In this document: positions 14,571-27,893 of the stretch, piece after piece
Numbering within the stretch: position 1 is the stretch's first letter
Layout of the letters: each line of letters starts with the position of its first letter
Assembly (NCBI GenBank): GCA_040954595.2
Contig: CM082583.2
Location: 1,436,925-1,500,924 of the forward strand
From: Balanoglossus misakiensis
Taxonomy: Eukaryota > Animalia > Hemichordata
DNA length: 64,000 bases
Reading direction: 5' to 3'
Notes under the pieces: model-generated
Databases searched by the model: none
Told to the model about the DNA's origin: nothing
Seen by the model: the letters and a program-made list of their open reading frames with translations, nothing else
Made by a program: the position numbers and the translations under genes

Positions 14571-14847
14571 ACATCCTGTGTGTGTGAAGTCTATGAACAC
14601 TGGCCATGCATTTCAATTCAAGGACAAAATGAATGCGCAATATTTCGTTTTATCGAGAGTAATGTGCAGTGATTAAATTTGCTAGGGCTCTCTTAGCAGA
14701 TTTGGAGTTAGTCATTTTGGTAGAAACTTTTCGAGATGGGAAATCTTTGGTCATCTAACCAAGTTATTTGTATTTTTGTTATATAAGACAGAGTCATTTC
14801 TATGAAAGCCCGTTAGGGACATTTCGTAAAGCAAAAAAATTTTTTTT

Positions 14848-15052
14848 ATCTCGTGAGCACGAGATACTAAGTCGTGAGCACGAGATACTAAGTCGTGAGC
14901 ACGAGATACTAAGTCGTGCGCACGAGATACTAAGTCGTGAGCACGAGATACTAAGTCGTGCGCACGAGATACTAAGTCGTGCGCACGAGATACTAAGTCG
15001 TGCGCACGAGATACTAAGTCGTGCGCACGAGATAATTATCTCGTGCTCACGA
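14848..15052 (+). repeat. 21-bp subterminal minisatellite of the left TIR
   Basis: (AGTCGTGMGCACGAGATACTA)n with palindromic core TCGTGCGCACGA. Confidence 0.95.
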
Positions 15053-16843
15053 AATAACATCGCATCTTATTGCAATGAACCTAAGGAGTCAAAAGCTTAA
15101 CTGATCAATGCGGGAGGTTATGTGGCCAGACAGTTTAATTATTATGTATGTCACATTCAATGTCACCAGAAAGTCACTGCTAAATTTCAGACTAAGGGCT
15201 TTCCAGACCTGAGTCTCGAGCATTTAATCTCAATGTTTTGAAGAGCGGGTAATAGTTCTAAATTCTGCTTTGCTTTGAGTTAGGTATTGGCTACGTTGCC
15301 AAATTTAGAGTTGTAGATTGAAGTTAACTTTATCTGATACTCATAGTCTTATTGCCAATGCATCAAATCTTTTCGGAGCAAGAAATAGCAGCTTATCACT
15401 CGAAACATATGTATTCACGTCAGCGTTCCGGGCAATGTGATTCACTCCACCGTCAATGTTTAAGAATAGCAAAATATACTAGACTTCCAGTGCTATATAA
15501 TAACTGCTAACTGCATCATAGTACCCATTCCGATCATAAGACCCCAAACGTTTTTCGCTTGATTTGTAATGTGTAATACTTTCCTGTATAAAATCACAGG
15601 AATAAACCTTATTTTTATTCTTCAATTTCACGTTTGCTTTGGTCAAATTATATTTGTGTTCTTCAAATCTATATTTGTGTTCTTCAAATCTATATTCTTG
15701 TTCTTCAAATCCACGTTTGCTTTCGTCAAATTACATTCTTGTTTTTCGAAGTTAACATGTTGCCCTCTGCAGAGGGCGCCGTCAATGACCTTTGGCTTTT
15801 CAGCAGCGTCTCAGTGAAATCGAATTACGGCAAATCTATCATTATTAATCATCTGTAGATCTCTTAATCTGCTAAGCTCTTGTCTGTTCCACTGATCTGA
15901 ATCATGATGAACGAATGCCGTCATATCATCGCAAATTTGAAAATGCTATTTTTGATAATCTTGACTCAAAATGTCAAATAGTCAAATCAGCATCTTTTTA
16001 TGTATTCGACTTCAATATTATTTGTCAGAATGTGATTTGTAAAGAAAGCTTTACCATATCAGTCCGTATATGTCAATCCAGACCGGCACAAATTAGCGAC
16101 ATCAACTGTCACACAATCAAAAGTACATAATGTAACAAGATTTCGACACACGTTGCCATAAATAGGAAGCTTTAGAGCAAATTCCGACCAGAGCCAGAAA
16201 ACTGTTTTCCGTGTTTGTGAAGTGGCCTCAGCAACGGAAAGACTGTTGTCATTCAAGGATAATAGACATCAATATTTAGCGGACATATCTTAACGAAATG
16301 ACCCGCCAAAGTGGATGTAAAACACCAGTTCTTATAAAACTGTGACATTTTCACCCAACATACCAGGAAGGTTTATGAAGTGTGGCCAGTAGAGTCGTCA
16401 AACTCATTTCTTTACGTGATAACTAAATACCTGCAAATGACTTGCAAACCATCTTTTAAATGACCTGGGGTCAGTGACCACAAGTCGTGATTGTTTTCAA
16501 TTGTGCATAACATGTAATTGTAGGAAATCCAGGTGTGATGAATCTTGATGAATTTTTTCCCCCTAGAATTACATAATTTTCGAAGCTCTCTTTAAACGCT
16601 AAATCCATGTTTTTAGTGAGATATACATAAGTAGTCAATATCATAATGGCAACACGCACAGTCGAGTAGGGCACAGATAAAAGAGATCGTAAGAAGTGTG
16701 CTATCAGAAGAAGAGGTATTGGAGTCGGAAAATGAAAGACCCGCGACTACAGAGCTCGTTACAGACACGAAGAGAAGCTAAAAAGAGGAAGAAAGCAAAA
16801 CGTAAACGATAAGTAGCTAAGATATAAGGCTTCTTTGCCACCT

Positions 16844-18545
16844 ATGAACTCAAATAACATACATTTGTCATCTCTGTACTGTCGGGGTTTAAGAGGTGAT
16901 GAGGAAAGACGACAAATATTTCAGTGGTGTAGAGACCAAAAACCACATGTATTATTGCTACAAGAGACTTACTGGGACGAACAAATTCAAGATCAAATTT
17001 GCAGAGAGTGGAAAGGGAAAATGTTCCATTCTTTTGGTACTAACCACAGTAAAGGGGTTACGATTTTTGCCGATGAAAAATTGGATCATGAGATAAAGAA
17101 TTCAAAAAGGGAGACAATTACTTGTATCTTTAGATATCAATGGTGAACATTTACTATAGTTAATATTTACGCACCAAATCAACCCAAAGAAAGGGAGCTT
17201 TTCTTTATGTCTTTGAAATGTTAGATTCAAAAACATACGAATGGGGATGATTACGTGTTCATTGGAGATGATTTCAACACCGTTTTAGATGCGTAGGTTG
17301 ATTCATTTGGAACGAAGTGTCATTCTGTTAAATCTAAGAAACTGGACGGGATTTTGAAATCTTTTAAATTGTGTGATGTATGGCGAGAAATGAACCCTGC
17401 TAAACTACAGTTCACCTGGAGACAAGTTAACCGTGGAATTGCGAGTAGACTTGACTTTTGGTTTATTCCCCATGACTTTCTTTCTAGTGTTAACTCTGCC
17501 GATATTCGGCCGATTATTAGAACAGACCATAATGTCATTTCCTAAAAGATTAGCCTGAAAAAATATTGTAAAGGCCCGGGATATTGGAAGCTAAATACGA
17601 GTCTACTCAAGGATGATAACTATAGAATAATAATAAACAACGTCATAACACAAGCCATAACAAATTATCAAAAACTCTATGATTATAGAAATTTATTAGA
17701 TTTAATTAAAGTGAAAGTCAAAGAAGGAAGTATTAAATATGGAAGGGAAAAGGAAAAATATAAAAAAAGAGACAAGCAATAATTAAAGAACAGCTAAAAG
17801 AAATTGAAGATAAATTACTTAGAGATAACAGAGGAAAGGAAGACCTAATAAACATTTATGAAGACAAAAAGAGGGAACTAACTTAGCTATATGTAAATAA
17901 ACTACGTGGAATTCAAATTAGATCCAGGGTGAAGTGATACGAAGAAGGAGAAAGAAACAGTCGTTATTTCCTGGGACTAGAAAAGAAAAAGTTGATGGTT
18001 AATGATAAGTTTATTACAAAGACAGATGAGATATTAGCAGAAGAAAAGGCTTTTTATGAAGAACTTTATAAATCCAAAAGTGTTAATAAAAGTAAAGTTA
18101 AAAAATACATAAATGACATTAAAATAGAGTCTAAGTTCAAAGCAAGTGAGGCATTAATGTGTGATGGTAAAGTTTCTGAGGAGGAATGTCTATAAAAGCC
18201 ATGCGCAGAATGAAAAGCAACAAAACACCAGGACCAGATGGCATTCCTATAGAATTTTACAGAGTGCTTTGGAAAAATATAGGTAAGACAGTAGTAGACG
18301 CTTTTAATGAAGGTTATAATAAGGGTGCGCTAGCCAATTCTCAGTGTAATGGTATCATAACGTTAATACATAAAAAGGAGTGTAGGCTTAATCTAAAAAA
18401 TGGGAGGCCCATATCGCTGCGCAATCATGATTACAAAATATTATCAAGCGTGTTAGCTAATAGATTAAATCAGGTTATACCTAAGTTGATTAGTACTGAC
18501 CAAGTGGGCTATATTAAAAGACGTTTTAGTGGCCAAAACGTTCGG
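16844..18545 (+). pseudogene. Decayed Tx1/L1-clade LINE ORF2 (AP endonuclease through RT N-terminus), 3'-truncated
   Basis: Motifs CRGL..LLLQET, SKGVTIF, NIYAPN, SRLDFWFI, TDHN, GPGYWKLNTSLL, YEEGERNSRYFLGLEK, KTPGPDGIPIEFY, RPISL.N.DYKILS, DQVGYIK; multiple stops and frameshifts. Confidence 0.9.
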
Positions 18546-19662
18546 CTTAGTATCTCGTGCGCACGACTTAGTATCTCGTGCTCACGAGATACTGCCTCAT
18601 AGTATATTATTAGCACTGGCATTATTAACTAAAAAAGTATGAAGTTTCATACACTTTATTACTGATGCTTGGTGATTTTCACTTTCATTATGAAAGGAAA
18701 GAAGCCATTCCTTTATATTTCAACATGGGTTTCAACTATTGTGAAATGTTGGCTTTGAAAGCAAATATCACGATTTTATTCTGAGCTTGTGAAATTTAAA
18801 GAGAATATTGTACAAGAATGGATTGCACAGACGAAAACACCAGTCAGATGCCACCGACGTTATATCATACCTAAGCTATCAACCGGTCGGCTATACATAA
18901 ATACAGATGGATGAAATGTCTTCAACATGGTCCTGTAATTGTCCAAGAAAGCGCCCAGCTACTTCATCATATAGCTATCAATAAAATATGTCGTTAGCGA
19001 CGTCGTAACCAGCATGTTCTTGACAAAAAATCCAAAGAAGTGACAATCCTACACTTCAAATTCTTTTGTCAGAATTAAAATAAGTTGTATTCCTGTGATT
19101 TGATACAGGAATGTATTACACATTACAAATCAAGCAAAAATCGTTTGGGGGTCTTATGATCGGAAGCGGCACTGTGATGCAGTTAGCAGTTATTATATAG
19201 CACTGGAAGTCTAGTATATATTTTGCTATTCTTAAACATTGACGGTGGAGTGAATCACATTGTCCGGAACGCTGATGTGAATACATATGTTTCGAGTGAT
19301 ATTCTGCTATTTCTTGCTCCGAAAAGATTCGATGCATTGGCAATAAGACTATGAGTATCAGATAAAGTTAACTTCAATCCACAACTCTAAATTTGGCGAC
19401 GTAGCCAATACCCGTTTCAGTGTTTAATAAGTGTATAACTCAAAGCAAAGTAAAATTTAGAACTATTACCCGATCTTCAAAACATTGAGATTAAATGCTC
19501 GAGACTCAGATCTGGAAAGCCCTTAGTCTGAAATTTAGCAGTGACGTTCTGGTGACATTGAATGTTACATACATAATAATTAAATTGTCTGGCCAAGTAA
19601 CCTCCCGCCCTTATCAGTTAAGCTTTGACTCCTTAGGTTCATTGCAATAACATGCGAAATTA

Positions 19663-19872
19663 TTTCGTGAGCACGAGATAATTATTTCGTGAGCACGAGA
19701 TAATTATCTCGTGAGCACGAGATAATTATCTCGTGCGCACGACTTAGTATCTCGTGCTCACGACTTAGTATCTCGTGCGCACGACTTAGTATCTCGTGCG
19801 CACGACTTAGTATCTCGTGCTCACGACTTAGTATCTCGTGCTCACGACTTAGTATCTCGTGCTCACGAGATA
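19663..19872 (-). repeat. 21-bp subterminal minisatellite of the right TIR
   Basis: Reverse complement of the 14848-15052 array. Confidence 0.95.
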
Positions 19873-21424
19873 AAAAAATTTTTTTTGCTTTACGAAATGT
19901 CCCTAACGGGCTTTCATACATTTCTATATCATAGATGCAAGTTTAATTTATAACATGAATTTGAATAAAATATTTTTTTTTAAATATCACCACATGAATT
20001 TGAATAAAATATTTTTTTTAAATATCACCAGATTGAAATCTTTGGAAGTTTGCACTTAGAGGGATGGCATGGCAGTTTTCCACTGTTCATATTACAAAGA
20101 ATTTGGCGTCACGTGTAGATTTCATGAGTGTTCGAGTTTTGCTCTTCCCAGCCTCGTACCCACAATCCTCTGATACTTACACTTACGTCAGTTCTATAGC
20201 CGCTGACCCACTAGATTCTCCTTATGAATTGCCCAAATTATTTTTTGGTATAGTTTTGATAGTTGGTGCACGGAAACTTTTGATCGATTCACGAAATTCA
20301 AAATATGTTACATCACAAACCTCATAAAATGGAGGCTAGAGTAGCCTGTTTGTTTTCAGGTAATTTTACAATTACCTCAATTACCTTTTTTCGAGGGAGG
20401 GGGTTATACACATACAGGCTATGTTTACAAACTGTATGATAATGTTATACGGTACATTATATTTAACGGTTCCAATCCAATGTTGAGAACTAACAAAACA
20501 ATTTGAGCAGAATTCATTTAAAATTAATTGCAGTTCCGTTTCACCGCATTTCATAGGATGCTGGCTAAAATTCATACCAGGTGGTGGTGGTGGTGATTGA
20601 GCTTTAATTTCCCTTTCTTCCTGTCTAACCACTTCCTCTCTCACCTTCACTTATTCGGTCTCTCCCCTCCCCTTCTGTCAAAGTCCTCCCCTCATTCCCT
20701 TTCCATCCTGACATTCTCATTTCCGCCCTCTTGCTTTTCTTCTCCTTTCTCACATTCCTTTTCTCACCTCTCTCCCCCCTCCGTAACATGTTATGTAATA
20801 TATAAAGTAAAAAAGTCCAAAGCATGATGTTATCACAGATGACATTTGGAATGTATTATTGTACTATCTGGTTTAATTTCAAACATAGTGGAGTTATTTA
20901 TTGGCCAGTATTTAAGCATGTTTAAAGAAGTCAAACAGCATAATAGGCACATTTCATATCAAACAAAATTGACCAAATAAGCTCAAAAGAGGATTTGAAC
21001 AATTTGTCCCTTTAAGTAATGTTCAATATTGGATTTACACTTGTGATTGTATGTCATCTCCCTTTTGTTAGAAACCTCACAGTCATATAATAAACAGGTG
21101 ACCTGACAATCATTTGAAATACCAAACTTCGGCAGCTATTCCAGTTTGGTCCAAAAACCTAATTTTAACTGGCACCTCAACTTTAGGACTATTATGGATG
21201 TTGCTGAAACTTGAAGTGGGCTGCTTGTGAAGAGGAAGACGTGGAGTGTCTCTCAGACAACGCTGCGCTCAGTCAGAGATAAAGTCAAAATATGGATTTG
21301 ACTTGCAACAGTAATTTGTTAGTTAAGTCAAATTCAACTTTAATCTGTCTCTTTGGGTCAGTCTTAACGGGTGTAGCATGCTGGAAGGGTACGGGTGTGC
21401 TTACCCATTTCCGACACCTAGTAC

Positions 21425-21874
21425 CACAGGGGGCTGCAAACATGAAAGTTATAAATGGCGAAGTACGTTCCATTCTGCGTTTTCCCAACCTGTCTTATCA
21501 TTTGCTAATCCAGAATAAAAGCTATCCATTTCCCATTAATCACCTGCTAACGACTTAATCTGTGTGCCCCATCCACGGATTAAGTTAATAAAGTAAACAT
21601 CGGTCAGCGAGTACTGGGTATTCTCTTACCAAGTGAGAACTGACCGATGTTTACTTAATCCACTAAATCCGTGGATGGGGCACACAGATTAAGTCGTTAG
21701 CAGGTGCTTAATGGGAAATGCAATAGCTTGTATTCTGGATTAGCAACTGCTAAGACAGGTGGAGGTAACACAGAAAAATAAACAAGCACAAAGACTGTTC
21801 ATCAATTAATGTTTATTGGGGGAAAATGCAGGAACTCCGCCATTTATAACTTTCATGTTTGCAGCCCCCCTGTG
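21425..21874. mobile_element. Palindromic (foldback) MITE
   Basis: Arms of about 185-230 bp: CACAGGGGGCTGCAAACATGAAAGTTATAAATGGCG ... AAGTAAACATCGGTCAG versus CTGACCGATGTTTACTT ... CGCCATTTATAACTTTCATGTTTGCAGCCCCCCTGTG; spacer about 30 bp. Confidence 0.8.
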
Positions 21875-23514
21875 CGAGTACTACCACTTAGCAGTGGTTC
21901 AAGATGATCCTGTTGAAATTGTAAGTTTTTCTCTTATTTCTTTTTTGAACCTGGACCTGGTAATTAGCTTAGCTTGAGCAATATTGATTATTGGACCTGG
22001 TTTGATGTCTTATTATAACAACTACAGAAGAATCTCTGGACACAGTGAAATACACTCCAGGGTTATGGTAATGACTGACAAATTGTCAGTTTAAAAAAGT
22101 AAACAAAGAACTCAGTTAAATATTATAATAAAAATATGCTTTTAATATAAGGAAAAGGTACAATTGATATACTTGTAATTAAAACATAAATATAATGATG
22201 AAATTCTTCAACTGTTCTGTAGTTGCACCAGTATTTGTATAAGCTAAAAATGTTGACTTCTGGCAGGACAACTCAAACAGATATTAAACTTATTTATAGT
22301 ACTTCCACTTCATGACTTTGTTCAAAAATTTCCCAAACTTATTTCATTGTTGATGAGTTGTCACCTCCGAACAACACAAAAAGGAACAGTTTGTATAAAA
22401 AAGTAATTTTGCATGAATCTTAAACATACATGCACAAGTTGAGTGAATAACACAATATAATCATATTCTACAATGAATTACAATATCAAGATTAAGGGTT
22501 TCACATATGACATTACATTGCTACATTTTATATACATGAATTTAATTTGAAAAATTTCCATTGATCTATAACACCATGAATAATATAAAAATATGCGAAT
22601 AAATACTTTGAATTATTATATATACATGTCAGGTCTCAAAGTGAGTAACTATATTTCCATTCACCTATGAACTGGTTATTAACCAAATGAAATGATAGGA
22701 TCTTTTTATTTTGAGGATCTTATAATTGTGATCATACACATCCATATTCCAAAATTCGCATGCCAAACAAATATCAGATTTATACGGCCAGTTGTAAAGA
22801 CAGTACAAGGGGCAAAAAAATTGATAATAGTTAATCATCATCTCCCTTCTTTTACAGTCTTGGAGAATGGTGACGGTTGAAGTCAAATTAAAGAAAAATA
22901 TCAAGAAAAATATCAAAATTTGAAGCACTAATTCAGGAGGATATATATCATCGGGAGGTAGTCACTGAATATATTGAGAGAAATAATTCATAATCTATGC
23001 ATTTGGATGAAAAGACCTTCTATCTGATCAAGTTAAGGATAAATGCTGCCTTGTATGAATACAGAAGCAAGTCAGCATGCAAAGGGAGAGCTGAATTGGT
23101 ACACTGTTAAATTTGTCCTCCAAATTCAACAAAAATATGTTGTTGTTTAGGAATTCTCGTATTATCATATCTTTTTCATTACACAATACCTTATAATAAG
23201 TCATAACAAATTTTTAAGGAAAATTCTTTAAAATATGTAAAATATATAGCCTTATAACCAACATACTTTAAAGATGATTATTTATGATCATTTCATTCAG
23301 ATGTTGCTAAGAGTGTAATAATAAAGATCTGTTTCACTCCAACCAATTTAATGTGCGCTTATCACAGTACTGTCGTCTGACAAAGCATAACTATTATTGT
23401 TATCATTTATGGGATTATACCAAGCTTATCACAGTACTGTGTCAACTCACAAAATGAAAACCATTTTAGTTATCATTTGAATTATACCATACATGTACAC
23501 ACAGAGATGGCACA

Positions 23515-23779
23515 TTAGAAGTATCTGTCTCCGTGACTCTCATGAAATAGTTCATTTCTACTCTTAAGAGGCCTTGGTCTCCATTCCTCACTTCCACTGG
23601 CACTACCACTGTCGCCACTATACATGGGATTGTAGTGATAGATTTCTCTGAAGGCTTCCTCATCTTCCACACTTTTCCCTGCCTTGCTATCAACATCATC
23701 TGTATCATCAAACCAATGGATATCCATAGTTGCCTCTTGTTCTTCCCAGCCTGGATGTTTCTTTCCTCCAAGAGCACAC
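23515..23779 (-). CDS. Last exon: cytoplasmic tail with NPxY motif
   Basis: Phase-2 acceptor ttcag; CALGGKKHPGW...YHYNPMYSG...GDRYF*. Confidence 0.8.
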
Positions 23780-24131
23780 CTGAATGTCAAATAGTTGAAC
23801 ATCATCAATGTGGGATTTGTTGTGATGTTGTTACTACTGTAGAATAACGCAGGTGGTTGTTGGACACTTTGCGGTCTGGTCGCGTGACTTTGCCTTGTTA
23901 GCCGCCATGCATGTTGAACGCAAATTATACCATGATGCACTGCAGTTACCCTTTACGCGAATAGGTCTATGCATGAACTCTTTGAATAAATTTGCTTCCA
24001 CGATACAGATGTGATTATTTTTCACGTTGCCTCATGCATGTATGGAAAGATACAGGTAAATTCCCAGTTTTCTGATGGGCAACATTTCTACAGCTGTCTC
24101 GATTCTACTCTGGTAGTACTAAATAACTTAC

Positions 24132-24228
24132 CGTTGGTACATGAGTAACATTATTACACCAAGCACTAACACAGCCGCTAAACCTCCCGCAACACCACCA
24201 ATGATGACAGCTGTGTCAACGGAGGAAT
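24132..24228 (-). CDS. Exon: transmembrane helix
   Basis: DSSVDTAVIIGGVAGGLAAVLVLGVIMLLMYQR; cag acceptor, gtaag donor. Confidence 0.9.
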
Positions 24229-24446
24229 CTGTAAGAGTTTAAATATTTCTTTTTGTCACGGGGGCGATATGCTACGATAAAAGCAAGAAAACCATTCATT
24301 ATAATAATAATAATTTATTCAGAATGCACTGCAGGCCTCCAGCCTTTTGTGCCAAAATGCTTTACATTAACATGAACAGTGACCTTTGAAATATGTACAA
24401 TATATACAAAACTTAATTCGTGTACTAGGACGAATAAAATCAAAAT

Positions 24447-27400
24447 CTAATTTCTCTCGAGGTATTTTTTCCTCAACTCGAACGCAAAAAATAAGTAGGT
24501 ACTCAACTTTCTCAGTGTTTCGTTGTGTTGTGAAGATAACAGGGTTTTAAATTTCTCAATACTGGGGTTTATGGTGTATTGGGGAGGGAGATATTTTGAT
24601 CTTAGGGGGTTGTAAAGTTTACAATTCAAAAGGAAGTGATACTCATTTTCGATGCTGCCGTCATTACAAATACAGAGTCTGTTCTCTCGTGAAAGTTTCT
24701 TATGTCTTCCTTGTTCTATTAAAAGATTATGACATGATATACGGAAATAGGTGAGCGTGTGTTTAAAAATAGATTTCATAGGGGTCAAAAGGTAAGGTTC
24801 AAGTGATAAAGAGGATTTGTACAATCTATAAGTGTCAAGTCTACTTGAACAGGTAATGGTTGAATGCCACTCTTGTTCATCAATATCTTTACAGCGCTGT
24901 TTAAACTCAGAAATAAACTTAGACACATTACCAACACCCTGGTTGTACCATGCTTCCGCAAAACCATAGTAAAACAAAATACTTTTCACTGCTTTTGCCC
25001 AGCATTCAATCCCTCTCTCAGCCATGCTGTGCTGTTCGAGATATGCATGATGAACGTATCTATTTTCGCCCATTTGTAAAATTCTTAACCAGTAATTAAT
25101 TATTCTATGAAGTCTCATTGTACGCATGGTGCACCTCCCAAGCTCACCTCTTGTTGCTGCATTATTCGCTTGGGTGTTTAACCTTAAAATGGATTTACAA
25201 AATTTAATATGGACACGTTCAATGGCTGGCGCTTCAACATAACCCCAAACTTCACTTCCATACGTAAGGATGGGTAGTATTTTGGCGTCGAAAATCTTAA
25301 GACACATTTTGATAGGAACATCACCCAGGGATTTTAAGCGAGCTGTTAATAAAAAAGTGGCTTTGGAAGCTTGGTCTGCTAGTACTGACTGTGTCTTTGT
25401 CCACACACCCCTGCTTGAAAGTACTATACCCAAATATTTAAAATAAGGGACAACTTCAATAGGCTTGCCCTTGTAACTCCATTTTTCGTAGTGTCTTAAT
25501 CTACCCCCTTTTCTGAAAACCATAATACTTGTCTTATCTAAATTCACAGTCAGTTTGTACTTATCACAATAATAGCCCAACTGATTTAAAAGTCTCTGGA
25601 GTTTTATCTTTGTTTCCGCAATTAGAACTAAATCGTCGGCAAAGAGAAGGTAGAAAATCTCAATTAAACCCATAGAGCAGCCACTTATCCAGTTATCAGT
25701 AACAAATTCATCATGGAGATCATTAATAAAAAAAGCGAAGAGATAGGGGGAAAGAATACAGCCTTGTCTGACTCCATGGGGGCAGTGAAAAAACTCGATC
25801 AACCCTTCTCTACCAAGCACGCATGTTTTCACACTCTTATAAATAGAGGAAAGCATTCTAAACATTTTACCCCGAAGGCCCGCTTTACCCATTTTATAGA
25901 AGAGAGCCGCTCTATTGATTCGATCGAATGCCTTCTCAAAGTCGACAAATGCGCAGTACAATCTGCCCCTGCCTTTACTTAAATATTTCTGTATCAGGGT
26001 GTGGAGGATGAAAATATTATCAGCAGTACAATAACCTTTTCGAAAACCTGCTTGTCCCTCTCTAAGAGGGGCGCAGTTTTCTTCCCAAAACAAAAGCCTA
26101 TTATACATTATCCTGGTAAAAATTTTACTGATTATTGGTAAAAGTGTAATGCCCCTGTAATTATTTGGAATATGTTTATCACCTTTTTTGAAAATAGGGA
26201 AAATTATACCCTCAGCCCATGCAGTAGGGAAATTACTTGAGTTGAATACTACATTGAATAGATGTCGTAATATGGAAATAAAAACCGGGCTACAATGCTT
26301 ATAAAATTCGGCAGAAATACCATCTATACCAGGTGACTTATTTGATTTTAAACATTTAATACTATCTATTATTTCTTCTTCCGTGATTTCCTGGTCTAGT
26401 ATCTCCAGTACAGTATCATCCTCGTTGTATATGTCATCTTCTTTTTGTAGTAGTTCTTCGACGTAGCGTTCCATCCCATCCCATTCGTCGGTAAAATGGC
26501 TCTGGCTTCCCGAATCAGTGGGGTTAAACAACTTTAGAAAATACTCGTACCAGTCTTCATTATTTATTAGGGGTGAAGTACAACTTTTGGCACCTTTGAA
26601 GTAGTCCCAAAATTTCCTGTTGTTGTTTTGTTCAAGAGCAAGTTCAATTTTATGTAGAGTATTTGTCTTAAAATGTGCCTTTTTATCCCTGATTAAATTC
26701 TGGTAGGCTCTCTTTTGATTTCTATAAAGCTCCAAATGATTTGGATTCCTCTCTTGTCTGTACATGTTCAAAAGCCTGTGGACTTTTTTACGCTCGATAT
26801 AACAATCCTTGTCAAACCAGTTGTCGTGCGTTTTAGCTTTATGCTGGGAGTAATTTCGTTTAGCAGCAATGTAGAACAAATCATTAAATTTTGTGGCTAG
26901 GATGTTACTTTCTGGGTTTGTTAATAAGAGCTGTAAAAATTCGTCCACAACATCTTGAACAGGAAATTTGTCAAATGAATCGATATAAGACTTTGCATCA
27001 AAAAAATATTTACAAAACTGTTTATAGATAATGGGACTAGTCGTGTTTCTTTCAGTCGAACTAGTATCTATATCGTTGTCAGGAACGATAACGGAATACT
27101 CTAGAGGGAAATGATCGGAATCAATTCGACTACCGATTTTGAACTTGGAGATTTTACATAATAAGTCTCTAGAGACAATCAGGTAGTCTACAGAACTCTT
27201 CCCTGAAGTACCCACGTACGTATATTCACCATGGCTGTCATCTGTTGACCTTCCATTGACAATGTTTAAAGCAGCTGTTTTACATAGACTAATAAGCCTT
27301 TCTCCATAATCATTGACTACAGAATCACAGTTGTTTCTTTTAACATAGTGTGCTTCTTCGATGTATGATGGGTCGTCAATAGGGACGTAATCAATGCAAT

Positions 27401-27893
27401 CATGTACAACAGAGTCTTCAAGAGTGCCAGTTCTGGCATTGAAGTCACCACAGAGTAAAATATTACATTTTTCAAACATGCTATTAAAGGAAGAAATACA
27501 ATCTTCAATATTGACAAAAATGTTATCGTTTGAAAACCGCGACGACCCTTGCGGTGTTACATAAATAAAACCCAATATCCACGGTGTGGTTTCACACCCT
27601 GGTGGAGAAAACTTCAACCACAACATATCGTCATTTTCACTAGGCAGGAGTGAGATAAATTTACATAACCCATGCTTTATAAAGACGAGAATTCCCCCTG
27701 ATGGTCTCCCCCTTTTCGTTAAACGTTTTCGAAATGAATGGAAACTATTATACCCCTCTAGAGAAAAAGGTTGATTTCCTGTAGTCCATGTCTCTAGGAG
27801 ACAAATTATGTCAAAGTCGGAGAGATACGAGCTAAAGTCAATTTGGCTCCATTTGGATTTTAAGCCTCTAACATTCCATGAAATACACTGCAA
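24447..27893 (-). CDS. LINE ORF2: AP endonuclease plus reverse transcriptase, 1148 aa, uninterrupted
   Basis: SWNVRGL, CLLETW, GDFNART, VDY, SDHFP, KSPGIDG, NYRGITLL, FVDFEKAFD, GVRQG, FADD, YLG. Confidence 0.97.
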   Translation of the reverse strand: MQCISWNVRGLKSKWSQIDFSSYLSDFDIICLLETWTTGNQPFSLEGYNSFHSFRKRLTKRGRPSGGILVFIKHGLCKFISLLPSENDDMLWLKFSPPGCETTPWILGFIYVTPQGSSRFSNDNIFVNIEDCISSFNSMFEKCNILLCGDFNARTGTLEDSVVHDCIDYVPIDDPSYIEEAHYVKRNNCDSVVNDYGERLISLCKTAALNIVNGRSTDDSHGEYTYVGTSGKSSVDYLIVSRDLLCKISKFKIGSRIDSDHFPLEYSVIVPDNDIDTSSTERNTTSPIIYKQFCKYFFDAKSYIDSFDKFPVQDVVDEFLQLLLTNPESNILATKFNDLFYIAAKRNYSQHKAKTHDNWFDKDCYIERKKVHRLLNMYRQERNPNHLELYRNQKRAYQNLIRDKKAHFKTNTLHKIELALEQNNNRKFWDYFKGAKSCTSPLINNEDWYEYFLKLFNPTDSGSQSHFTDEWDGMERYVEELLQKEDDIYNEDDTVLEILDQEITEEEIIDSIKCLKSNKSPGIDGISAEFYKHCSPVFISILRHLFNVVFNSSNFPTAWAEGIIFPIFKKGDKHIPNNYRGITLLPIISKIFTRIMYNRLLFWEENCAPLREGQAGFRKGYCTADNIFILHTLIQKYLSKGRGRLYCAFVDFEKAFDRINRAALFYKMGKAGLRGKMFRMLSSIYKSVKTCVLGREGLIEFFHCPHGVRQGCILSPYLFAFFINDLHDEFVTDNWISGCSMGLIEIFYLLFADDLVLIAETKIKLQRLLNQLGYYCDKYKLTVNLDKTSIMVFRKGGRLRHYEKWSYKGKPIEVVPYFKYLGIVLSSRGVWTKTQSVLADQASKATFLLTARLKSLGDVPIKMCLKIFDAKILPILTYGSEVWGYVEAPAIERVHIKFCKSILRLNTQANNAATRGELGRCTMRTMRLHRIINYWLRILQMGENRYVHHAYLEQHSMAERGIECWAKAVKSILFYYGFAEAWYNQGVGNVSKFISEFKQRCKDIDEQEWHSTITCSSRLDTYRLYKSSLSLEPYLLTPMKSIFKHTLTYFRISCHNLLIEQGRHKKLSRENRLCICNDGSIENEYHFLLNCKLYNPLRSKYLPPQYTINPSIEKFKTLLSSQHNETLRKLSTYLFFAFELRKKYLERN

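Larger units (their letters stand above)
14801..19918. mobile_element. Non-autonomous foldback DNA transposon, IS3EU-like
   Basis: TIRs of about 820-850 bp (14801-15621 / 19071-19918) starting TATGAAAGCCCGTTAGGGACATTTCG; 6-bp TSD CATTTC (14795-14800, 19919-19924). TAY..RTA ends with a 6-bp TSD are the IS3EU signature. No transposase inside. Confidence 0.85.

Noticed and set aside
14768-15100. Repetitive ORFs (EILSRAH)n and (RLSISCA)n, also at 19682-19921
   Set aside because: Translations of the 21-bp TIR minisatellite.
20597-20827. Ser/Pro/Phe-rich ORF
   Set aside because: Low-complexity pyrimidine tract.
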